Below, piece by piece: positions 12,181-21,903 of a DNA stretch of 60,173 nt. The notes under the pieces were generated by a model, which worked only from the letters and a program-made list of their open reading frames with translations, did not search any database and had not been told where the DNA came from. Position 1 is the first letter of the stretch. Each line of letters opens with the position of its first letter. The DNA is taken from assembly GCF_004010195.1 (NCBI RefSeq), contig NC_057718.1, forward strand, positions 36,435,772-36,495,944, read 5' to 3'. Both the position numbers and the translations under genes were made by a program. This stretch comes from Chiloscyllium plagiosum (taxonomy: Eukaryota).

Positions 12181-13180
12181 TAGAGTCATAGTCACAGAGA
12201 TGTACAGCACAGAAACAGACCCTTCGGTCCAACCTGTCCATGCCGACCAGATATCTCAACCCAATTTAGTCCCACCTGCCAGCATTAGCTGCTATCCCTC
12301 CAAACCTTCCTATTCATAAATCCATCTGGATGCCTTTTAAATGTTACAATTGTATCAGCCTCCACCACTTCCTCTGGCAGCTCATTCCATACACGTACAC
12401 CCTCTGAGTGAAAAAGTTGCCCTTTAGATCTCTTTTATATCTTTCACCTCTCACCCTAAACCCATGTCCTCTAGTTCTGGACTCCCCCACCACAGGGAAA
12501 AGGCCTTGTCTATTTATCCATGCCCCTCATTATTTTGTAAACCTCTATAAGGTCACCCTTCAGCCTCTGATGCTTCAGGGAAAACAGCCTTAGCCTATTC
12601 AACCTCTCCATATAGCTCAAATCGTCCAACCCGGGCAACATCCTTGTAAATCTTTTCTAAACCCTTTCAAGTTTCACAACATCTTTCTGATAGGAAGGAG
12701 ACCAGAATTGCACACAATATTCCAACAGTGGCCTAACCAATGTCCTGTACAGCTGCAACATGACCTCCCAACTCCTCCACTCAATACTCTGACCAATAAA
12801 GGAAAGCATACCAAATGCCTTCTTCACTATCCTATCTACCTGCGACTCCACTTTCAAGGAGCTATGAACCTACACCCCAAGGTCTCTTTGTTCAGCAACG
12901 CTCCCTAGGACTTTACCATTAATGTAGAAATCCTGCTAAGATTTGCTTTCCCAAAATGTAGCATCTCACATTTATCTAAATTAAACTCTATCTGCCACTT
13001 CTCAGCCCATTGGCCCATCTGATCAAGATCCCGTTGTAATATTGAGTTGCTATCCCTTATCAAAAACGCCACACCCCCTCCTATCTTGCCTCCCTTTCTG
13101 TCCTTCCTGTAGCATTTGTATCCTGGAACATTAAACTGCCAGTCCTGTCCATTCCTGAGTCATGTTTCTGTAATTGCTAA
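12181..13180 (-). mobile_element. HER1/CR1 LINE 3' fragment (12181-13040) fused to an endonuclease-region fragment (about 13045-13180)
   Basis: Minus ORF KVESQVDRIVKKAFGML...LVRPLLEYCVQFWSP; tail tagagtcatagtca. 13045-13180 is the reverse complement of sequence like 36955-37090. Confidence 0.9.
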
Positions 13181-13719
13181 TTGCTCTTACCCCTCAAAAA
13201 CCTAACAGATGGCAGCATGGCAAAAGAAATGGCAAGTTAAAATTTTAACATTAAAATTACTTCATGCAGAAGAACTCTTTGTTGTGTACTATTGTATAAA
13301 GTGTACTGTTGGACTTGAATGTTTTCATAATGCTGATCAATTTAATGGTCACTAACTTCTCTCCAATACCATACAATTTATCACTATAATAAACTTATTT
13401 AACTTATGATACACCATTAGGTGAAGTTGTCAATAACTTTTGAAGTTATCTGTCAAAAAGTTCCTGACTCCAGACCAGGTTTTCTCCATTGTTCATGACT
13501 CTTGAGGTGTCAAAATCAGCCTGACTCCATGAAAATAAAAGGGATCTAAAATGCCCACGCAGTCAACAGAGAGTGCAAGGGCAGCATTACCCCTTATGAG
13601 CTCACTATCTCGACCTAATCCCACACAACAGAAATGGCAGAATGGCAGAAATCCCACCATTTTTAACTCATGCCTGTCTTTGTTCTAACACAGACAGAAA
13701 AACATATAAATCGAACCCA

Positions 13720-14275
13720 TCATGTCATATCTTAGAATATGCTTGAAACACTATGCACAGTTCTGCTCACTGTATGACAAACAAAGAAATAAAGACAGTG
13801 AAGAACTTGTAAAAATAATCTACTAGAATAACACTGGGGCTGAGAGATTGAACCTATCAGGAGAGATTAAACAGGTTGAGACTCTAGTCTGCAGGAAAGG
13901 GAAGACTAAGGGCTGATCTGATAGAGGCTTTTAAAATATGATAGTGCTTGACAGAATAGTTTCCACTTGTGAGAAGGACCTGAACTAAGGGACATAAATT
14001 TAAGTTACCAACTAATTAATTGAGAAATTCAAGTTAATCATCTTTACCCATAGAGTGGTTATAATGTGAACCTCTGTACCATAGGAATTATTCAGATGAA
14101 TAGTATAATTGCATTTTGGGAAAGTTAATAAATATGAGGAAGAAAGAAATGGAAGGATAAATGAAAAGTATGAGTTGAGGAAAGTGGGAGGAGACTTGTG
14201 TGGATGTCAACACTGACATGGACTCACTGATTAAACTAGCCTAAAATACCTGTGCTGTAAATGCTGTGTGACTAT
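13720..14275 (+). mobile_element. Old CR1 3' fragment
   Basis: Degenerate LEHYAQFCS / RLRADLIEAFK / TKGHKFKL / FTHRVV motifs. Confidence 0.65.
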
Positions 14276-15204
14276 GTGTTTTGACTTTGTGCAATTACAT
14301 CAGTGGGGTATTAATAAATCGCAGGTGGCTTTGCATCTTTCCCAGTTTTCATATCCAGTGAAGTTATTGGGAATTCCACTCAAAGTTGAGCTGATCCCTC
14401 AGTTTTTGACAGGGTCAGCTGCCTCCTCTGATTGTAGTGAGCATTCACACCAGCCCTCAGCTGCCCAAGGCATTACCAGGTCTACTTTTATGTAATGTCA
14501 AACGTCAACTCCAGAAAGGCAAAACAATCAGGAGGGAGAAACTGCAGTCTTTTCACGAAAGGTCTGAAAAATAAAATCAGCTTGACATTGCTGGAAAACC
14601 ACAATCGTGACCATTTCCAAACTTTACTCAGAAATTCTCAGAAGCATGTTTGTTGTGGCTCAATAGCTCCTCCTAGTGGTTATTGATTTTCACTATTTCT
14701 TCCATATGAGGATCAGATGCAGTTCTTTTCTGTGGTTTTTGTCAACCGCGCATGTAGTCACTTGAAATGATTAGTGATAATATGTTCAAATACTCAAACA
14801 GATGACCCATGTTTGACTAATCTGGTGCTCCAGCAACCTTTGAATACATAATCATTGATAAACATTAAAAGAAGATTTGAAATAAAGTCTGGGACTGGGC
14901 AGTTAAAACAGAGGATAGGGTGGGGTGACAACTCTATTTGTGATCCTAAGTCTCAGGATCTGCAGGCAGTGAAGTTGCCTAATTCAGGAAAAGGTCTAAC
15001 AAATCAAGGACAATATAGTCCTATTGCAACAGCAGGGCTCTGAGTGCAGTTTCTTGTGTATCCCTGCCCAGTAAAATAGGTCAGTGGCTTCAGGGAAGAA
15101 AGAGCAAGTTTGAAAGCAGGAGGCAAACTTAGTGGGAAGCACAGCAACTGACCCTCAGAAAAATCTCAAAGAGCTCATAGCTGAATGCCCGCCAACATTA
15201 TTGT

Positions 15205-15665
15205 GTCAAGAAGCTTGGCACCATCCAGCCTGGCACCACATCCACCAGCATCCTCCCTCTCCACTACCACTGCTCAGTAGCAGCAGTATGTAATATCTAC
15301 ATGCTGCACAGCAGAAATTTACCAACCATCTTTAGACAGCACCTTCCAACCCCACAAACACTTGCATCTTGAAGGACAAGGACAGCTGATACATGGGAAC
15401 TTCACCATCTGCAAGTTCCCCTCCAAGCCACTTGCCATCCTGACTTGGAATTTTAATCACCATTCCTTCACTGTCACTGGGTCAAAATCCTAGAATTCTG
15501 TCCCCAGTGGCATTGTGGGTCTACTTGCAGCACAAGCGATTCAAGAAGGCAGCTCACCAACTCCCCCCCCCCCCCCCCCGACCCCTTCTCAAGGGCAATT
15601 AGGGATGGGCAATAAATGCTGCCCAGACAGCAGTGTCCATATCCCATGAGTAAATAAAAAATAAA
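15205..15665 (+). mobile_element. 3' end of a second LINE family (CR1/L2 superfamily) with an internal poly-C tract
   Basis: Ends aagggcaattagggatgggcaataaatgctg...aaataaaaaa; reverse-complement homologues at about 24905-25300, 47600-48065 and 57980-58580. Confidence 0.7.
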
Positions 15666-15774
15666 GTGTGTGTGAGAAAAATGCAGGAAACTGGCAGTGA
15701 GGAATGTCAGATCAGCCATGAATAGCATGCAGGCTCAATAAAGCCAACTCCTGTTCCTACATCATATGGTCTCA

Positions 15775-17055
15775 TGACATTATGGGCATATTAAGAGTAA
15801 GAGGGTTGCCAGGGAAGGAGTGGGGCATATAGAGACCAAAGGGACAATCTGTGCATGGAGCCAGAGGATATGAGTGGGGTCTTAGATGAATATTTCTCAT
15901 CAATGTTCACAAAGGAGAAAATCATTGTAGCTGAAGATTTCAGTTCAGATGGTAAGGTTCCAGAGCATGTTCAGATTAATAAGGAGGGTGAATCAAATGT
16001 TTTAGTGAGCAAAAAGGTGCATAACTCTCTAATGCTCAATGAGATGCATCTCAGGCTGCTACAGGAAGAAAGAGAAGAAATTTCTGGGGCCCTGGCAGAA
16101 AAGTTTAATGCTTTGCAGGCCACAGGTGAAATGACAGGTGATTGGAAGATAGCTAATATGGTTCCTTCGTTCAAGAAGGGCAGCAGGAATAGGCCAGGTA
16201 ATTACAGACTAGTTAGTCTCAGGTCAGCAATAGAGAAATTATTGGAAAAAATTCTGAGGGACAGGATGAATCAACATTTGGAAAGGTAGGGATTGATCGA
16301 GGTTAGGCAGCACAGATTTGTTGGAGAGGGATCCTGTCTACTTTAATTGAATTGTTTGGAAAGTTGACTAAATATATTGATGAGGGTAATGAAGTTGACA
16401 TGGTTTACATGGACTTCAGCCAGGCCTTTGACAAGGTCCCACATGGAAGGTTGGTCCACAAGGTAGAGCCCATGGGATTCACGGCAAGTTGGCAAACTGA
16501 ATACAAAATTGCCTTACAAACAGGAGGCTGTTGTGGGGAAAATCACCAGTCTCAGAGTCAGAATCGGGATCCAACAACAGAATTTATTCCACAAAGAAAC
16601 TGGAGCTCCGGGAAGAGAGAAACGTTCGTCAGCACAGCTGTCAGCTGCGAGCCCTCTGTCACTCTTGGAGCACATGTCATGATATTTTATACATTTTGTG
16701 GTACAATAGTTCAGTATCGAGTCTTTATTTGTACAGCGTGGTTTGTTTACAGAAAACATTACAAAATCATTGTCAGTTTCAGATCAGAGGTCAGATCAGA
16801 GGGCACAAGGTTAAGGTGAAGAGAAAGTTGTTTAGGGATCTGAAGAAAACTTTTTTAACCCAAAGGGTGTTGGAAATATGGAATATGCTGCCTGAGGGGT
16901 TGGTGGGGTCTGTACACTCGCACATTTAAGAAGCATCTGGATGACCACAGGCTATGGACCAAGTGAAGGTAAATGGGATTAGTGTAGTTTGGACTTAGTT
17001 GGTCAGCATTGACATGGTGGGCTGAAGGGCCTACTTCTATGTTGTATGACTCTTT
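15775..17055 (+). mobile_element. CR1 LINE ORF2 fragment with an internal deletion and an unrelated insert
   Basis: DWKIANMVPSFKKGSRNRPGNYRLVSL and VYMDFSQAFDKVPHGRL motifs; jumps to 3'-terminal RGHKVKV...QRVLEIWNMLPE; tail tatgactct. Confidence 0.88.
16529..16781 (-). mobile_element. LTR-like insert (possible partial or solo LTR)
   Basis: Non-CR1 block of about 250 nt bounded by TG...CA, with minus-strand TATAAAA and AATAAA in LTR-like order; no TSD seen. Confidence 0.4.
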
Positions 17056-17099
17056 GGCTGTACTATTTACAACACCTTTGTTGTAACAATTGTTGGATA

Positions 17100-17980
17100 G
17101 TGTTTTTCAAAGGGCCAGTAGTGTTGCCATGGTACAACTGGGATAGTGGAAATGCCATTCCCCTGATCACGTGCTTCCTGCTAGACCACTGCTTCTGGGT
17201 CTCTCAGAGTTGACCAGACACCTGTGTGGGAAAGTCAAATCCTTACTAAACAAACTTCTAGATGAGATGTTTTGAGGATTTGTCACTTGTTCCACAGTGG
17301 ACTGTAAGGTTTCCAACACATTTGTGTCTGCACGCAGATACCAGGCTGCACTCTGTCATGCTGATCGCCAAATCGCACAGGATTCTCTGAAAATTCTCAA
17401 AGAAACACTCAAAAAGCCTTCACTGATGCCAACTTCATAGGCAGCCCCATCAATTAAGAATCCAATCGTCCAACAGCATCTGCCATCTGGACTGAGTCTT
17501 CACTTCCTCATATTGATGCTTAGCTGGTGCCATCTTCCCTTGCAGCGCCTCCTGCTGGATGCTACCTCTTGTGTCCCTGTTGATTAGTGCAGGCCTTGGG
17601 GAATAGGATACATCCTTGAGTAAAGTGCCAATTCCCTGTTTATTTTGATCAGAAGATAACACCGTTTTGGGACAATCATGCACAAAGAAAAAGGAGATAA
17701 AGTTCTGGACATAGTGGTATTCTCTTGAAGGGCAACTGCGACAGCACATGGAAGAAGTTAAAGGAAACTCTTGAATTGGTGTAATAGCCTGAAACTTAGT
17801 CTTGCCCATACCTCATGTAACAGCCCATCACTTTGTGACGCAGGCTTTGGATGCTCTGAATGAAACAGTGGCTCAATTTCTCTCTTGTAATGGAGATGGT
17901 CTATCAATGGTAATTTTTACAAAGTCCCTGGATATCCCCAGACCCAAGTGACCAATGATAGCACACACATTGCTATATGT
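17100..17980 (-). mobile_element. Possible decayed Gypsy-type integrase relic
   Basis: Minus-strand GYPGTL.., PASQSDGLL (cf. HPQSNGLAE) and RKHV.. in integrase order; very degenerate. Confidence 0.3.
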
Positions 17981-18478
17981 GCACCACTGCAGAAAGCTAT
18001 AAACTACATTGCCATAAATTTAAATGTCTATCTCTTGGGGAACAGACGTCATTTTTTTGTCTTATAACAATCCAAAATTTTTGCATTTTTCACAGCTCAA
18101 GGGCAGAAATTTAGTAAGAGCTACCCTCTAGGGAAATGGAATATGATCTTGCTATGATACACATCTATCTATGATGACAGATAGCACACTGTAGAGGGAA
18201 GCTACACTGCTAAATTGTAATCACTGCTCAAGGACCAAGGTTTTATCTGAATGTATGGAAATGTTTCTGTACATCCCTCCTTCTAGATGTTTATCAGAAA
18301 AGAACTCCCATCCTTCAAAGTGAAAACAAGATGATTTGTATTGCAGCATGAATTTCAGACCAGACCTGTAACTTTAAGACATCATGACATGTGATAGTTC
18401 AGTATGGAGCTGGTTATGTGTAATGTACGCTAACATCAGGAAGCATAGAACCCAGACTTTTGTCTGTAATATTATAGC

Positions 18479-18632
18479 TGGAAATGTGTTGCTGGAAAAG
18501 CGCAGCTGGTCAGGCAGCATCCAGGGAACAGGAGAATCGACGTTTCGGGCATAAGCCCTTCTTCAGGAAATCACATTTCCAGCAACACATTTCCAGCTCC
18601 GATCTCCAGCATCTGCAGACCTCACTTTCTCC
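18479..18632. mobile_element. Penelope-like mini-element with a 16-bp TSD
   Basis: Flanked by tctgtaatattatagc at 18463-18478 and 18633-18648; inverted ends; intact hammerhead core on the minus strand. Confidence 0.88.
18539..18566 (-). ncRNA. Minimal type I hammerhead ribozyme motif (intact core)
   Basis: Minus strand CUGAAGA-A-GGGC-UUAU-GCCC-GAA-ACGU-C. Confidence 0.72.
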
Positions 18633-18730
18633 TCTGTAATATTATAGCCTAGCAAATCGTTTGTGCTGAAAATAAACTTCAGATAGCTAATTCTCAAAAA
18701 TCCGACTACCTGTAGTATACGTTATGTAGA

Positions 18731-18944
18731 GATGGAAATGTGTTGCTGGAAAAGCGCAGCAGGTCAGGCAGCATCTAGGGAACAGGAGAATCGACGTTTC
18801 GGGCATTAGCCCTTCCTGAAGAAGGGCTAATGCCCGAAACGTCGATTCTCCTGTTCCCTAGATGCTGCCTGACCTGCTGCGTTTTCCCAGCAACACATTT
18901 CCATCTCTGATCTCCAGCATCTGCAGACCTCACTTTCTCCTCAA
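18731..18944. mobile_element. Penelope-like fold-back mini-element: about 88-bp near-perfect hairpin with a 17-bp TSD
   Basis: Arms 18728-18815 and 18821-18908, loop ctgaa; TSD agtatacgt(t/a)atgtaga at 18714-18730 and 18945-18961. Confidence 0.9.
18816..18843 (+). ncRNA. Minimal type I hammerhead ribozyme motif (intact core)
   Basis: CUGAAGA-A-GGGC-UAAU-GCCC-GAA-ACGU-C. Confidence 0.72.
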
Positions 18945-19510
18945 AGTATACGTAATGTAGACTAACATCATTAGTAAATCACAAGTGGCATCAGATTTCA
19001 TGTTGAAAGTAACAAAGACTACTGGTAAATCCACAAATTCAGTATTTACTGAAGATTCGAAGTTAAATATATTTGTGGCTATCATTTGTAGAACCATGGA
19101 TAAAGTAAAGCTTGTCAAATAATCACCACGATCACAATCCATCAATTTAATCACAATTCCTACAAAGTTTATTTCACCCCGTATTCCTTGTCAACAGTAA
19201 CCTAACTACAATACAGAATTTACTTTCAGTGCAGTAAAGATAAATGTTTTTTACTCACAATACATATATAAATTAAGGTAACTCTAAAACCTAAAAGAGC
19301 CATTGTTCATTTTTACTGATAAGTGATACTCACACTGAAGGTAGAAAACATTCATTGTTTGCCCAACAATGAAATCAAACAAACAATCTAACAGCATTGC
19401 ACCCAAAGTCAGCTGCAAATTCATTTTAAAAGCTTCCAAGAATCAGAGAGAAACGTAGTTAGTGCTGAACCCAATATGCATTTACAACTGTCGCAATTAT
19501 TTTTCAGTGA

Positions 19511-19551
19511 TCATAGAGTCATAGAGTCATAGAAATGTACAGCATGGAAAC
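19511..19551 (-). mobile_element. Extremely 5'-truncated HER1/CR1 insertion (tail only)
   Basis: tcatagagtcatagagtcatagaaatgtacagcatggaaac is the reverse complement of the family's 3' terminus. Confidence 0.75.
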
Positions 19552-19779
19552 GGTTGAATTTGAAAATTCTTCCAAATTAATTTTTTTTTAAAAATCAGTA
19601 AGGTGTATGAATCCTACCTCCTTTACAGTAGTTCTTATCATTAAAATGTTAAACTTACGCATATATACCTGCGAACATTCCCCTCACAGGTAAGCTGTTC
19701 AATCATTAATGAGTCTTTTCAGAATCCAATTATAAGTTGCATTAAGGGGATGTGAGACTGATGTTAAGTACAAGCCAGA

Positions 19780-19997
19780 CCATGGCAGAATGATAGCTTG
19801 TAGAGTGATGATATTTTTTCCCAGAAGAGGAATCCTGGCTGGCGAATTGACAAGTGTCATGCCAACAGCATGGGTTCAATTCTTATATCAGCTGAGATTA
19901 CCATGAAGGACTCTGCTTCTCAAACTCTCACCTTACTTCAAGCATGGTGACCCTCAGGTTAGCCCACCACCAGTTGTCTGTCTCTGTGGTCTGGTAA
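19780..19997 (+). mobile_element. Degenerate tRNA-derived SINE-like repeat
   Basis: B-box-like gggttcaattc at about 19872; family not identified. Confidence 0.4.
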
Positions 19998-20102
19998 TAC
20001 ACTCACACACACACTCACACACATACACAAACCCACACACACACATCCCCACACACACAAACCCACACTCACACACACACCCACACCCACAAACACAAAC
20101 AC
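19998..20102. repeat. Imperfect (CA)n microsatellite
   Basis: About 105 nt CA-rich tract abutting the PLE end. Confidence 0.95.
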
Positions 20103-20103
20103 T

Positions 20104-20965
20104 AGAAGTAAGGACTGCAGATGCTGTGGATTAGAGTTGAGAGTATGGTGCTGGAAAAGCACAGCTGGTCAGGCAGCATCTGAGGAGCAGGAGAATCGAT
20201 GTTTCAGGCATAAGCCCTTCATCAAGAATGAGGCTTGTGGGCCAGGGGGCCGAGAGATAAATGGGAGGGGGGTGGAGCTGGGGGAAGATAGCTGGGAATG
20301 CGATGGATAGATCAAGGTGAGGGAGAAGGTGATAGGTTGGAGAGGAGGGTGGGGTGGATAGATGGGAAAGACAATGGACAGATCAAGAGGGCAGTGCTGA
20401 ATTGGAGGCTTGGGATTGGGATAAAGTGGGGGGAGAGGAAATGAGAAAACTGGTGAAATCCACATTAATCCCACATGGTTGCAGGGTTCTAGGGTGGTAA
20501 ATGAGGCATTCTTCCTCCAGGTGTCGAATGGTAAGGGTTTGGCAATGGAGGCAGCCCAGGACCTGCATATCCTTGGCGGAGTGGGAGGGGGAGTTGAAGT
20601 CTTCAACCATGGGGCAGTGGGGCTGGTTGGTGCGGGTGTCCCAGAGATATTCTCTGAAATGATCCGTAAGTTAGCATCCTGTCTTCCCCATGTAGAGAAG
20701 ACCACATCAGGTGTAACGGATACAGTAGATGACGTTGGTGGACATACAGGTAAATTTCTGTTGGATGTGGAAGGTTCCTTTGGGGCCTTGGACAGAGGTG
20801 AGGGGAGTGGTGCAGGTGCAGGTTTTGCACTTTCTGCGGTGTCGGGGTAAGGTGCTGGCAGTGGAGTGTGGGCTGGTGGAGAGAATCGTCTCTCTGAAAC
20901 ACTGATAGGGATGGGGAGGGAAATGTATCTCTAATGGTAGGGTCTGTTTGTAGGTGGCGAAATGA
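20104..20965 (-). mobile_element. Penelope-like element 3' part (GIY-YIG remnant plus terminal repeat)
   Basis: Paralogous to 6222-7040; FNSPSHSAKDMQVLG...RHLEEECLI...TLQPCGINVDF; decayed hammerhead at 20198-20225. Confidence 0.88.
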
Positions 20966-20989
20966 CTGTATTAGGTGAAGTCTCCTTTG

Positions 20990-21112
20990 CTTAACAAAGG
21001 AGCAATGCTCCGAAAGCTTAAGATTTCAAAGAAACCTGCTGGATTATAACTTGGTGTCATGTGATTTCTGACTTTGTCCACCCCTGCCCAGCTTTGGTAT
21101 CTCCACATCATC
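20990..21112 (+). mobile_element. Terminal repeat of a second Penelope-like family (decayed hammerhead)
   Basis: aaggagcaatgctccgaaagctt...aaacctgctggattataacttggtgtc is homologous to 21821-21900. Confidence 0.7.
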
Positions 21113-21339
21113 TCTATCAGGATGCTACAATACTTGTGAAAAACCCAATTAATGCCAAAGCATTTCCAAAGATACTGCAGAATACTGCCAGGCACTTTGC
21201 AATACCAATTGTTCTTAAAATGACTTCATCTGCAATTTGGGTTCCTGATCCTTTAAGTAGCAATATTCCAGAGCTCACCTTAGAGCACAGCATTTCCTGT
21301 TAGTTGAATACTGAACAAACTCATTGCTTGGACGTGTGT

Positions 21340-21640
21340 GACCCCAGAGGTTGTCAGTGGTTGGAGACCAAATGGCATACATTTAAAGTGAGGAGCAGGA
21401 GGAGAGCTGAGAACATTTTTTTGCTCATCCCAAGGGTGGTAGAAATTTGGATTGTGCTGCCTGAGGCAATATTGGAGGAGGTACTTGCACAACATTTAAG
21501 AAGCATCTGGATGAGCACGTAATATGACAAGACATTGTAGGCTATGGACCAAGTGCAGGTAAGTGTAGTTTGATGTTTATTGATTGGCATAGACATGGTG
21601 GGCCGAATGGCCTGTTCCTGTGCTGTATGCCTCTATACTC
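21340..21640 (+). mobile_element. Old CR1 3' fragment
   Basis: RVVEIWIVLPE motif and a CR1-type 3' UTR. Confidence 0.7.
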
Positions 21641-21741
21641 CTTCTCTAGAGGGTAGTCATGTCAGAAGCAATAGCCAAAACAGCAGGTCTCAGCTAAATA
21701 GCCCTAAGGATTCTCTATCTTCACAGGAAGTTTATGTCCGG

Positions 21742-21903
21742 GATGATTTGGAGATGCTGGTGTTGAACTGGTGTTAAAAATCACACAGCACCAGGTTACA
21801 ATTATGTACTCCACAACCACCTGATGAAGGAGCAGCGCTCTGAAAGCTAGTGCTTCCAATTAAACCTGTTGGACAAGAACCTGGTGTTGTATGATTTTTA
21901 GCC
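21742..21903. mobile_element. Second-family Penelope-like fold-back mini-element
   Basis: taaaaatcacacagcaccaggtt (21775-21797) is inverted relative to aacctggtgttgtatgattttta (21878-21900); contains a hammerhead motif. Confidence 0.75.
21817..21852 (+). ncRNA. Minimal type I hammerhead ribozyme motif (family 2)
   Basis: CAC-CUGAUGA-A-GGAGC-AGC-GCUCU-GAA-AGCU-A-GUG: stem I CAC/GUG, 5-bp stem II with one G-U (probable CpG decay), palindromic AGCU. Confidence 0.75.

Noticed and set aside
18728..18908. Hairpin as a miRNA precursor or DNA-transposon MITE
   Set aside because: The arms are PLE terminal repeat, asymmetric with a tail, and the TSD is 17 bp, which does not fit a cut-and-paste MITE. 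There is no expression evidence for a miRNA.
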